Made by a program: the position numbers and the translations under genes. The notes under the pieces were generated by a model that saw only the letters and a program-made list of their open reading frames with translations, did no database searches and was not told where the DNA came from. A stretch of 63,820 nucleotides of DNA, counting the filler, from Reclinomonas americana ATCC 50394 (Eukaryota), in assembly GCA_048213135.1 (NCBI GenBank). It is 12 parts of 12 records of this genome, joined end to end, with 100 filler letters (N's around TTAATTAATTAA, not from the genome) between each part and the next. Parts side by side here need not be neighbours in the genome. Positions count along the whole stretch, not along the records: positions 1 to 15,905 come from PS015980.1; positions 16,006 to 17,236 come from AFZH01016345.1; positions 17,337 to 22,631 come from PS015981.1; positions 22,732 to 26,705 come from AFZH01016348.1; 8 more parts are not named here. The stretch is one strand, 5' to 3'. Shown here piece by piece: positions 11,849 to 23,437 of the stretch; positions within the stretch are counted from its first letter, which is position 1; every line of letters starts with the position of its first letter.

Positions 11849-14800
11849 TCACAGTTCCAGCGTAAACTGTCCACAAGCCTCGCGGAGTGCACGCATCATA
11901 TCGAGCACCTCCTCCGCCGTCGGTCGCTTCGATTGCACACTCATGCATCGCATGCCAAGCTCAAACATCGGTTCCGCGATGCGCGGCGTCCACTCTGCTC
12001 CTCCATCCACCAAATCCATCGCGCGCAGCGAGGCAGGCGAGTCGTCCCACTCCACGGACCACTCCACCACGGCGGCGACGGGCTTGCCAGTGACCAGCTG
12101 CACCAGCACCACACCCACGCTGTACACATCGTGCTTGGGCTGTGGACGACGCACACGCATCGCCAGTGGGTCCATGTAGTCCAGCGTGCCGGCGGCGGTC
12201 GTGGTCTGTGAGGTGAGAGAAGGTGAGACAGCGTAGAAGAGAGAAGGAGAATGGAGCAAACAAACCTTGCCATCGGCAATCGACCGTGCAATGCCAAAAT
12301 CACCGAGACAAGGCTCCAGGCGGTGATCGAGAAGCACATTGGAGGGCTTGATGTCGCGGTGCACCACCTCATTCTGCGAGCGGAGGTAAGGCGAGGCACG
12401 GCGCATGAAACCGCAACTGGAGGGCATGTGGAGAACGCATAACGCTTGCAGTGACAAAACAGCAAAAGAGTGACAAGGAGAGAAGAGAGAATACGAGCAA
12501 CAGAAGAGAGCAAAAGTGAGCAAGAGGGAGAATGAGCGGGAGAGAAGAGTGCGGAGGTGGAGTGCACGAGAGACAGAGAGAAGTAACACAAAAAGAGTGA
12601 CAAGGAGAGAAGTAAGATAGAGTGCACCCACAAAGAGCAAGAAAAAGGAGTGAGGAAGGACAACGCGAGAAACTAGGAGATGCAAGACGAACAGCCGAGT
12701 GAAAAAGGACAGAAGAGCGAAGAACGCAATGGCATCGTGCACCAGTGACTGACTCAGAGGGTCAGCCACATTGCACAAACCTTGTGCAAGAACACCACGG
12801 CCTCGGCCAATCCGAGACCAATCTGCACGCGCTGTATGACAGAGAGTGGTGCATGACCGGCACGCGGAAGTAGCAGCAGATCCTCCAGGTTGGGAACTCT
12901 GTGTGCATTCACAGTGAGACAATGATTGAGAAAGGGAGAAAGAGAGAAATGGACACGCACTGCAGGGCCTTGTAAACGAGACAGCATGTCTTCTCGACAC
13001 CCACCGAATAACCTACAAGAGGCACAATTCGACGATCGCGCAGGCGTCCGAGGGTGGCCACCTGCGAGGATGAAATGAATGATGAGGAGAAAGAAGAAAC
13101 AGGAGAGGGAGAGAGACACAGACCTCACTCTCGAACGACTCCATCGTCCACGGAGCGTCGGGATCGAGCACCTTGATGGCCACGTGCATCTCACGAAGCA
13201 GGGTGATGAACACGGCACCCTGGCCGCCCTCGCCGACCTTGAGGCGCGGTGAGAAGGTGTCGGTGGCTTGCACAATCTCGGGCCACTCGAAACGCTGGAC
13301 GGCGGTGTCGACTGTGGAGAGCGTGATGGGGAAGAGAGAAATGGTGAGAAAGAAGGACAAAAAGCACCGAAAGGTAGAGACGGCAAGACATATACCTTGA
13401 ATAAGGAGGAGGTCCTGTCGCAGCTGGGAGACGAGTTGATTGCTTGCTTGCAGCTGCGTGGTGAGATCGTCTTTCTCAAGCAGAGCTGCAGTCAGTTGAG
13501 AGGCAATTTGATCCCTCTCGGCTCGGAGTTGGGCATTCCTCTGCTGTTCCTCGGCCACGCTGTGCTGCAGCTCCGCGTTGGCTTGCTGACATTCAGTGAC
13601 TGCCCACTGCAGTCGCGCGATCTCCTGCTGCCGGTCACCATGAGCTTGCTGCAACTCAGCATTGGCTTGCTGCACATAGGCGACAATGGCCTCGTTCTCC
13701 CGTCGCTGTCGATCCCAAGCTCGCTGCTGCTCCTCTCGCTCAAGCTGCGCTGCCGCAAGCTCGCGCTGGAGTTGGGCGACGAGAGCATCCTTCTCGCCGA
13801 GCTGGCGTGCCAATGCGGCGAGATCATCACCAACAGCCTGCAACTGAAACCAGCGTGCCCACAAACNNNNNNNNNNNNNNNNNNNNNNNNNNNNNNNNNN
13901 NNNNNNNNNNNNNNNNNNNNNNNNNNNNNNNNNNNNNNNNNNNNNNNNNNNNNNNNNNNNNNNNNNNNNNNNNNNNNNNNNNNNNNNNNNNNNNNNNNNN
14001 NNNNNNNNNNNNNNNNNNNNNNNNNNNNNNNNNNNNNNNNNNNNNNNNNNNNNNNNNNNNNNNNNNNNNNNNNNNNNNNNNNNNNNNNNNNNNNNNNNNN
14101 NNNNNNNNNNNNNNNNNNNNNNNNNNNNNNNNNNNNNNNNNNNNNNNNNNNNNNNNNNNNNNNNNNNNNNNNNNNNNNNNNNNNNNNNNNNNNNNNNNNN
14201 NNNNNNNNNNNNNNNNNNNNNNNNNNNNNNNNNNNNNNNNNNNNNNNNNNNNNNNNNNNNNNNNNNNNNNNNNNNNNNNNNNNNNNNNNNNNNNNGGCAA
14301 TATGCAAGGCAGTGGATTGGCCATCAGTGACTGCCCGCACCATTGCCGACGGGCAGCGTTGCTCCTCGGCAAGCAACCATTCCACCACCTCCACTTGCCC
14401 ATTGAAGGACGCTTCCATCAGCGGGGTTACGCGATTATCAGTGACCGCGAGTGCAAGTTGTGGCCCGACGCCACTCTCCGCCCACAAGTATTGCAACATA
14501 GCGAGATGGCCACCGGAAGCGGCATTGGAGAAAGCCGTACCACCACCACTGTCCATCTCATCTCTCTTCAACAGACTCTCCGCGCCCTCACGTGACACCA
14601 ACTCGCGCAGTGCCTCCACATTGCCACTCGCCGCCATCTCCCATGCCTGCATCCTTTGCTGTTGCCTGTGATATAAACAGAACGGGAACACCGCTGTCAG
14701 CAATCACCACAACAAAACATGTGACAGACCTTGACAAACACACCTCGGTTGTTCTGGATAACGAGAGAGGTGTGAGCAGGGCAAGCAAAAGTATGAAAAA

Positions 14801-15444
14801 AGCACAACACGCACCCAGCGGCGCAGCCAGGCGATCGAGCAACTCAGCCACTTGCTCCTTGCCATTCGAGCGTGCCGTCTGCGCCGCCGTCTTGCCCTCC
14901 TTATCGGTCATCGCAATGAGATCCGGGTAACAGGAGGCAAGAAGAAAAACAATGACTTCGTGGCCTTCGTCGGCTGCACAGTGCAGAGCAGTGGACTGCG
15001 GAAAGTCGTCGCCATCATTCGAGACAATGCGCACCATCTCCGGCGGACACCGTCGCTCATCGTCGAGCAACCACTCCACCACATGCAAATGTCCATTGTA
15101 GGCGGCCTCCATCAGAGGCGACCATCCGTGCATGTCGACCATTTGTGCGAGTTGTGGCCCGACTCCACTCTCCTCCCACAGATACTCCAACACCGACAAG
15201 TGGCCGCGTTCAACAGCACAGCAGAATGCAGAGTTGCCGTACTTGTTCATCTCCTCTCTCCTCAGCAGAGTGTGGGCGCCCTCGCGTGCCACCAACTCGC
15301 GCAGTGCCTGCACATTGCCCTCAGCTGCCATCTCCCATGCTTTCTTCTTCCTCTTGCGACGAGAACTGCGCGCGGGACAAAGAAGTGGATGTGTGAGAGT
15401 GCTGATGATGAATCCGCAGTGGTGTGAAGCACAACGTGCCTCAT
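11849..15444 (-). CDS. Double ankyrin module - coiled coil - IRAK/Pelle(RLK)-like kinase (paralog; gap at 13867-14296)
   Basis: ANK exons ~14815-15365 and 14297-14665 joined in frame by a 10-nt exon (14744-14753). Kinase exons are near-identical to those at 7741-9010 (GEGGQG, HRDIKPSN, DFG, GTLDYMDP). First intron predicted as GC-AG. Confidence 0.85.
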
Positions 15445-15663
15445 GCTTTGCTGAAGATGTCGATGAAGTGGGCTTCCACCAGCTCTCTCACGCGCTTCGT
15501 TTAGTTGTTTTTCCGAGCGCAGGACAACTTTTCGTCGACGACGAGGAAGAAGAAGGGGAAGAGGATAAGAATAGGAGCAGGAGGAGGAGGACATGGATAT
15601 CCACGGGCTGCGGCGCATGACGGGGAGATTTCGCGAGGAAATTACTGTGAATCCTGGTGTCGC

Positions 15664-15764
15664 AAAAAAACAAACAATTCTCTCTCACCAACAAACAAGC
15701 AACAGCTGTCTTGATGACCAAGTTCAACCGTATCCAAAACATCAACACAGACACCAATCTTGAG
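15664..15764 (-). mobile_element. Second copy of the short retroposon-like repeat (3' end; may extend to the gap at 15906)
   Basis: About 95 bp nearly identical to 24660-24765 (tcaccaacaaacaagcaacag...gtcttgatgacca(a/g)gttcaaccgtatccaaaacatcaacacagacaccaatcttgag). Confidence 0.65.
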
Positions 15765-16705
15765 GCAGCAGCAGGTTCCTTGTGTGTGTGTGTTCGACCT
15801 CGGAGCTCCGAACAAGTCGAGCAACAACAACAACAACAACGTTAACAACAACACAACAACAACAACAACTTTACTAATCCAAACAGCAACACAGCTGCAT
15901 GATGANNNNNNNNNNNNNNNNNNNNNNNNNNNNNNNNNNNNNNNNNNNNTTAATTAATTAANNNNNNNNNNNNNNNNNNNNNNNNNNNNNNNNNNNNNNN
16001 NNNNNTGTGTTTGCAAGCTTGGTAGAACGAGGCAGAGTGTGAGTTATGCAGGTGGGAAGAGGGTCATCCGTGGATGTAGAAAGCCAAGACGAGGCGGAGA
16101 ACACACAATTTCCGAAGTTGAAATCGCACGAAACCGGCGTTGCTGGTATTGCGCACGCGCGCTTTCGCGGAGCAATGTTGGGGAAAGACGCACGCTCGGG
16201 AAAAGGGCGAAAGAACGTAGTCAGGGGTGAACTGATGGAGTGGAAGGAGGAAACGCGAAGAGGAGAGGGCGAAGGCGAAGACGTCGAAGAAGATGAGGAG
16301 AAACGAAAGGCTGCCATTGACTGGTGGCAATTGAGGCTGACGGTTGAGCATCTCTCGCCCAGTGAGCAGCACAATGTTGTTGGTGTCCTCGCCTGTCATG
16401 AAGCCGCTGGGATCGATATCGCATGCGCAGACAACACGAGAAATCGAAATCGAACAAATTGGAGGCGAGGACAAAATCTTCTCCTCCTCTCTGCTTGCGG
16501 TCGCATGCCGCACAATGTGCATGGATTATCTTTCATTCAAACCCGTTGAAGCTGTGAGCTGAAGGGGGCTTCAAGTTTCACAGTGTCCATTGTCCACAGC
16601 GAGCAACCCGCGCGCGCGCTTTTCATTTTTTTCGTCGTTTGCCCCCCACTTGAACCTGCGTGTGTGAGGAGAGTGAGAGAGAGTGTGTGTCTCTTGTGTG
16701 TGAGT

Positions 16706-17342
16706 ATGACGCATCGCTGGCAAGGTGTTGGCAGTGGAGTGCTCATCTGGGATGGGCTCATTGCGGTGGACTCGTTTGGCGCGGTTTTGAGAGGAGAGTT
16801 GGCGGGGACGCGCGCCTACTTTCTCACACATGTGCATGCTGGTGAGAGAGAGGGGGGAAGGGGAAGAGAGCAGAGAGATGAGAGGGGAAAGAGAGATGAG
16901 AGAGCGTGTGTGTGAGCTCATGACAACTCTCTCATGACTCTCACTCACTCTCACACACGCGCGCATCTGTCTCTCTCACACACATCCACACACGCACTGT
17001 CGCTCTCTCTCTCTCCCCATCACACACATCACGCATGTGTCAGTTGCGTCATCAATTTCACTCTCTCTCATTGATCATTGATCATTCATCAATCATCAGA
17101 TCATTACACTGGAATGCGACGCGACTGGAACGGTGGGAAGATCTACTGTACGCAGACGAGCATGGACTTGTTGCGATTGCGGTTTCCGTTGCCTGTGGAC
17201 ATGTTTGTTGCGTGGGCGAGTGAGTGGAGAGAGTGGNNNNNNNNNNNNNNNNNNNNNNNNNNNNNNNNNNNNNNNNNNNNTTAATTAATTAANNNNNNNN
17301 NNNNNNNNNNNNNNNNNNNNNNNNNNNNNNNNNNNNAGGGAG

Positions 17343-17388
<46 letters not shown>

Positions 17389-19368
17389 AGAGTGTGAGAG
17401 AGAGAGATGCAAGCGAGAGAGAGAATCGCGAGTGCTGAGGAGGGTGAGACACCCCGAGGTCGACAGATGCAGGGCGTGACAGGAGGAACAGAGAAAGAGA
17501 GAGACAACTGGAAAAAGCGATCGTCATCGTTGCCAGAGAGCAAGCGAGACAAGGGGGCTGGTTGACGTGGAACACGGCGAGAGATGCAGGGTGAAAGAGA
17601 ACAAGGCAGGGCGGGGTGAGAGGAACAGAGAAAGAGAGAGAGACAACCGCCTTGCATGAAGACACGATTGTTCAGTCTCTGGGGTTTGTTGATGCAGAGC
17701 ACGGCGAGCGGTGCAGGGTGAAAGAGAACAAGGCAGATACTGGAGTTTGGCGAGAGCAGAGACAGCGAGACCTCAGGTATTGAGCTGCTGCGTCGTTCGT
17801 GGCGGCAATTGTGAAGAATGGAAAGAGTGACTGGCAGTTTGAGGGCGTGAGAAGCAAGAGACAGGTGTTGAATCACCCATGCTCTGCGTCAGTCTTCAAG
17901 AACATAGAACGTCCAACTCGATGCAGGAATGCAATGACATGGAGAGCGCTTGGCAAGAGAGAGAGAGAGATCTTATTCAATCTCCTTGTCCTTACCCTCC
18001 CCTTCCCCTTTCCCTCTCTCTCAGGTGATCCTCTGCGAGGGCATCACCGTGCTACCCATTGGCCAGCTCATGGTCTCGGTGACGGTGTTTGACGCCTGCC
18101 ACTGCCCCGGCTCCGTCATGTACCTCTTCGAGGCACCCGGCTATCCACGCACCCTCTGCACCGGCGACATTCGCTTCGATCAGGAGGAGCAGGTGGAGGC
18201 GGCGCGGCGGCTGCAAATGGTGTCGGTGCAGCAGGCGTTTGTCGACAGCACCTTTTTGCGCAGCCCGCTGGCCACGTATGCCACGAGAGATGTTGCGTGT
18301 GCGCGCGCGAAAGAGAGGAAGGCTTCGCCGACGATGCTCATCTCACCACCCCTCCCTGCAGGAATCGCAGCAGTGGCTGATCGAGGAGACGGTGCGCGCC
18401 CTCACCGTCCTCCAGCGCGACGTGTACATCACCCTCAACACGCTCGGCGAGGAGTGCATGCTGGCGCCGCTGTGTCGCGCCATCAAGAAACGAGTTTCGC
18501 GCGCGACTCTAAAGCTCACCAATGAGATTCCTCTCGACTCACTTCTTCTTCTCCGCGAAGGTCATCTTGCACCGCACCATGAAGCGCTACCGCCGCTACC
18601 AGCTGCAATACTTGCATCCGGACCTGGTGACCACCGACGAGAACTCGGTGCCGTCGCCTCGTGTGTACCTGGCGCGCACGGCACCGCAGGGACCGAAGCG
18701 CATCGCGCCACACGATGCGTTTGTGGTCGGCGTGTTTGCGTACCGCGGCCCGCTCGGCAAGGTGCCGGTGAAGACGCGGAGCGACGAGGGCCACTTTGCG
18801 CTCATTCCGTACGCACAGCATTGCACGCCGTTTGAGCTGAAGCGGTGAGTGTGGCGGCGATGCAGTGGCGCGGCGTGGAGGAGAAGAAGCTCACTCCCCC
18901 GACAGGTTTCTCTCGATGGTGCGTCCAGACATGGCGGCCACCATTATCGACGGGCAAGAGAACGTGCTCTTTCGTCGGTGGTTCCGCGAGGAGGTGCACG
19001 GTGGCGCATTTGTGGAGCCATCAGCGCCTCTGTCGTTGCCGATGCCACCACCCCCACCCCCACCACCACCCACCCCTGCTGCGCCGCCAGAGTCACCCTC
19101 CGACCTCTTCATAGAGTTGCTGGGCGAACTCGTGGACGATCGATCCTCACCTCCACTTCCTCCACCTCCACCACCACCACCCCCCGCGCCAACCGCAAAA
19201 TCATCGACACCGCCATCGCTGCAGCGGAAGCGGTCGCTGGAGTTTGCCAGCCTGCTCGACGACGACGACGACGACAACGACAACGACGAGGGAGACGAAG
19301 CGAATGACTGCGACGGTCGCTATCGATACGGCGAACCACCCCACAAGCGAGTGTCGCCCTGCAAGTGA
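16706..19368 (+). CDS. SNM1/Apollo/Artemis-family metallo-beta-lactamase/beta-CASP nuclease (DCLRE1-like)
   Basis: IAVDSF, YFLTHVHA|DHYTG (HxHxDH), IYCT, DACHCPGSVMYLFE, TGDIRF, FVDSTF, IPYAQHCTPFEL; Pro/Asp-rich tail. Confidence 0.9.
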
Positions 19369-19384
19369 TGGATGCGAGGAGGGT

Positions 19385-20686
19385 TCATTCCGGCCACGAC
19401 TCTCTCCACAGACTCTCGAGGACGCCGAGCACACGCTGTGTGTCGGTCAGGTCATCTGCACAACAACAGCGCGAATGTGTGTGTGTGAGAAGACACGCAC
19501 GACGCTCGCTGAGCCCTCTCTTCCTTACCAAGGATGTGATCGGCTGCATGAGGCGCTTGCGCTAGTGCCTCAGACGATACGTGGCCAGTGGCCACGGCCA
19601 CGCAACGCATGCCTGCGGTGGTCAGCACAATGAAAGCGAAATTCAGAAGCAACAAGCATCACGCATCACCCCAAACCATTGACTTTGGCGCACTCGATAT
19701 CCCGTGGTGTGTCGCCGATAATGACGCACGCATGCTCCGGATGCTCACGAGCCTCCTCGCCAAAGTGCTCCTCCAGGCGACGGAGCGCCGCCGGTGGCAG
19801 GTCGTTGCGATTGGCAAACTGTGACAAGAGGTTAAGAAGCGGGAGCGATGGAGTGAAAGCCGGAGACACGCACCTCATGCCCATAGGCTCCAAACAGAAA
19901 GTGTGAGGTCGGAATGCCGGCCAGCTCCAGCTTCAACAACGCACTCCGCGGTCCATCTGCCCCACCTCAATCAACAACACAGCACGAAACTCGTACAAAG
20001 AGACTCGGCTACACGCAACTTCCAGTCAACAGCGCACACTACCACACAACGCACAAACTCAGCATTCTTGTGTAAGGTGGACGCGAACTTCGCAATCATG
20101 CATACCACATATCGCTCGTCGTCGCGCAACGCCGCCAGCAAATCAAGCACGCCCGGACACTGAGTCACCGACACATCCGCACGCGTGCGTGTCTCGTGAA
20201 GTAAGTCGTCGGCGACCGCATGCAACGCCCGCGCAATGCGGTCCTGCGTGTGCTCCGCCTCAACGTCGAAGCCGGCGAGCATTGCAATGTCGCGCGCCAA
20301 GCCGAGATCAGTGCTGAAAGAGAGAGTGTGTGTGAAAGAGTGTATGTGAGTGAGCGTGTCTTTCTCTCTCACCGTCCTCCAAACTCGATCTTTCCACGTG
20401 CATTGTAGACATCGTCGGTGCCGAATGCGTTGCGCAGAGAGCGGAAGAATGCTGAGGATGAGAGGCTTTTTGTGTGTGTGTGCAAAGAGAGTGTGTGAGT
20501 GACTAGAGAGAGAGAGAGAGGAGGGGAGTGAGTTGTGTGCAAGAGCGCACCCGTGTGCGTTGCAGAGAGTGCCGTCAATGTCTGTGCGTGTGTGTGGCAG
20601 AATGAGTGAGTGACGCACTTTCTCTGTGCCTATTGCTCTGTCTCACCAAACAAGAGCAAGAGTCGTCTGTGCAACACACGCGCCAT
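19385..20686 (-). CDS. HAD-superfamily hydrolase/phosphatase
   Basis: Spliced MARVLHRRLLLLF|DIDGTL (motif I), CPGVLDLLAAL, VIIGDTPRDIECAKVNG (motif IV), CVAVATG. Confidence 0.85.
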
Positions 20687-20780
20687 CTCACACAAGATCG
20701 CAAAAGACACAATGGTTTACTCTTGTCCCACACATACAAAGAACGTCGCCTTCCTCTCTCGCTCTCCTGTCCATCCCGCG

Positions 20781-21580
20781 TCACGTCTGCAAGCACACTC
20801 CTGTTAGCCACAGCGCACATAGACACCCTCCTTCGCTTCGACTCACCGGTCCGTGCTGCTGCTGCAACTGGCGCACGCCCGAGTAATAGTCGAGATATCG
20901 ACGCTGCCATTCAAGCTCCTCCGGGGACAAGACGGCGGCCAGCTCCGGGTCAATGCCCGGTGGCAGGTCCTGCGCGGCGGGGCGTGCCGGTGGTGGCGCC
21001 GCCTGTCCACTGGCTAGTCTCTGCTGGTGCTCCATCAGCGCGCGGTGCTCCTCGACCAGGCGCAGGCGAAGTTGTTCAGCACTCTCTGCTTGGGGTGGCG
21101 GAGGCGGCTGCTGCTGCTGTGGAGGCTGACGGCGTCCGGCGGCGTTCTGTGGAGGTGGCAACGGCTGCTGCTGTGGGGCGCTCGGTTGTCGTGGTGGTGG
21201 CGGCGAGCGAGCGTTCGAGGGAGATGCTGTTGACGCCGCCGACGATGAAGGCGACTGGCCAATGGCCACGGCGGCACCCGAGGCGGCCAGCTGCGAATTG
21301 CGGCGAGGTTGGCCGGAGGGCGACGAAGCGGCGGGCGATGGCAGTGGTGAGGGTGACTGAGGCGATGCCGATCCCATATCCCCGAGGCGGTGACGTCCGC
21401 CGTGGTGATGCTGGTGGTGATGCGGTGCTTGGTGGTGGTGATAGCCGTACGGGTCGGGTTGCGGTGAGCCAGAGGCGTGCAGCGGTTCTGGTTGCGGCGA
21501 TCCGCGCGGTGCCTGATGGTGTCCAGGCACCGGGACTGGCGGCAGTTGGCCGCCCATTACCGCGGGAGGGTCGACCGAGT
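20781..21580 (-). CDS. Pro/Gln/His-rich C-terminal tail, probably the end of the kinesin gene
   Basis: Long open low-complexity frame ending ...QQQHGP|T* through a GT-AG intron; 5' end lies in the gap; same strand as the kinesin motor exons. Confidence 0.6.
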
Positions 21581-21747
21581 NNNNNNNNNNNNNNNNNNNN
21601 NNNNNNNNNNNNNNNNNNNNNNNNNNNNNNNNNNNNNNNNNNNNNNNNNNNNNNNNNNNNNNNNNNNNNNNNNNNNNNNNNNNNNNNNNNNNNNNNNNNN
21701 NNNNNNNNNNNNNNNNNNNNNNNNNNNNNNNNNNNNNNNNNNNNNNN

Positions 21748-22454
21748 GCGGACGCAGGAGATTGCTGGATTGCAGGCACGCATCGACGCCTCGAGTGAGG
21801 CCGCCGTGGAGGCCCGCATCAGTGCGATGAAGGCGGAGTATGAGGCGGAGATTGCGCGCCTCAAGAAGCTCGTGCAGGGCGCGAGTGGCGTGGCGGGCGG
21901 TGCGGCGGCCAGCGGCGCGGTTGCCGCTCCAATCCGGCAATACGAGGAGGAGCGTCTCGTGCAACAGAGCCGCATTCGCGAGCTGGAGCAGGAGGTGGCC
22001 GCCTCGAGAGCAGCCCTGCGTGAGCGGGAGGACAATGTTGCGTGCGCGTAGTAGTATCTCTTTCGTGTGTTTCCCTTCTCCAACTAACCTGGTATGCCGT
22101 GCAGGACATGATTTTGCGAGACATGGAGGACCGCATGCAGCGTATGCGGGCCGAGTTGCTGTCGACACAAGACGACGTTGGCCGCGTGCAGGCGGAGAAT
22201 CGCGAGTTGCAAGATCGGCTCATGTATCAGGAGCGCAAGTACCAGGAGCTGGACGAGGACACCTCGTTCCGTGTGCAGGAGCTGTGGAACGAGAATCTGA
22301 CGCTCAACAGAATGCTGGACGGGTACCAGGAGAATGCCGCCGCCAGTGATTTGGCGGTGGTGGCGCTGATGACGGAGCAGGAGAAGTGGGAGGAGCGGCA
22401 GCGACAATTCAAGGCCGAGCAGGGTGAATTGGTGCCGCCACCGGTGCCCGCGAG
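21748..22454 (+). CDS. Coiled-coil exons, likely the kinesin stalk on a mis-oriented contig
   Basis: Two exons with strong heptad pattern (RIRELEQEVAASRAALRERE; RVQAENRELQDRL); no start or stop; gaps on both sides. Confidence 0.6.
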
Positions 22455-22509
22455 GTGAGCAGAAGGGAAGGGAAGGGGAGAGGGAGAGGGAGGGCAGGGA
22501 AAGGGAGAG

Positions 22510-22559
<50 letters not shown>

Positions 22560-23437
22560 AGAGAGTAGAGAGAGAGAGAGAGACACACACACACACACAC
22601 ACACACACGAGAGAGAGAGAGAGAGAGAGAGNNNNNNNNNNNNNNNNNNNNNNNNNNNNNNNNNNNNNNNNNNNNTTAATTAATTAANNNNNNNNNNNNN
22701 NNNNNNNNNNNNNNNNNNNNNNNNNNNNNNNGAGAGAGAGAGAGAAGAGGTTTACGACGTCTCGCGACATGGTCGCTACAGACACACAGTGGGAGGTAGC
22801 GAAGGTGATGTGGTGTGCGTGCGTGGATTGACCACCGCCGAGTTGTTTCGAGCGAGGAAAGGGACAGCAGGGACAAGGGCCTGGAAAGCAGCTTCTCTCT
22901 GTCTCCGCCAGCTCTCACTCGCGGTCGCTCACGTCCGCAACACGAAGCTTCTCTTACCCGCTTCTTTCTCGCAAACAAACATCGAGGTTTAGACTCTTCC
23001 TCCCTTCCTGCTTCTCACCCTCGTACACACGCACAAACGCACGGAATGCTCTGCCTTCTCGCGCTCACTGCTCTTTCCTCTCTTCTCTCCCTCTCTCTCT
23101 CACACACACGCACACGCACACACTCTCCCTGCTCGTCATCAGCAAGTTGCATCTCTTGCCTAAAACTCGCCAAGCATCGTGAGAGGGACAGCAAGCGAGA
23201 CATTCCAGAAACGCAGAGTACTCAGCGCACGCGCGTGCGTGTGCTAGAGAGAGAGACTGAGTTTCGCTACGCTTCCTCCTGCTCTCCGTCTCTCCCGTCT
23301 TCTCTCTCCCTTTCTATTCTCACTCACACGCACACACTAATTGTAACACCACACAGTCTCTCAGTCGCTCTCTTCTCTCTCCCTCCCTCCCTCTCTCCCT
23401 CCATCCCTTCTCCCTCCCTTCTGCCCCATCACTCAAC

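Noticed and set aside
15950..15961. TTAATTAATTAA palindrome repeated identically inside many N-gaps
   Set aside because: Artificial six-frame stop linker added during scaffolding, not a biological repeat or CRISPR array.
16006..16560. Overlapping ORFs on both strands upstream of the nuclease gene
   Set aside because: No recognisable motif or splice structure; could be the 5' part of the retroposon but no TSD or RT motif was found.
17460..17740. Short duplicated segments in the nuclease intron (similar case at 23788-23990)
   Set aside because: Local intronic duplications without terminal repeats, regular spacers or coding signal.
20575..20910. ORF MAASISRLLLGRAPVAAAART resembling a mitochondrial presequence for the HAD gene
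   Set aside because: It is an alternative frame of the upstream gene's exon; HAD has its own ATG at 20686 splicing directly into DIDGT.
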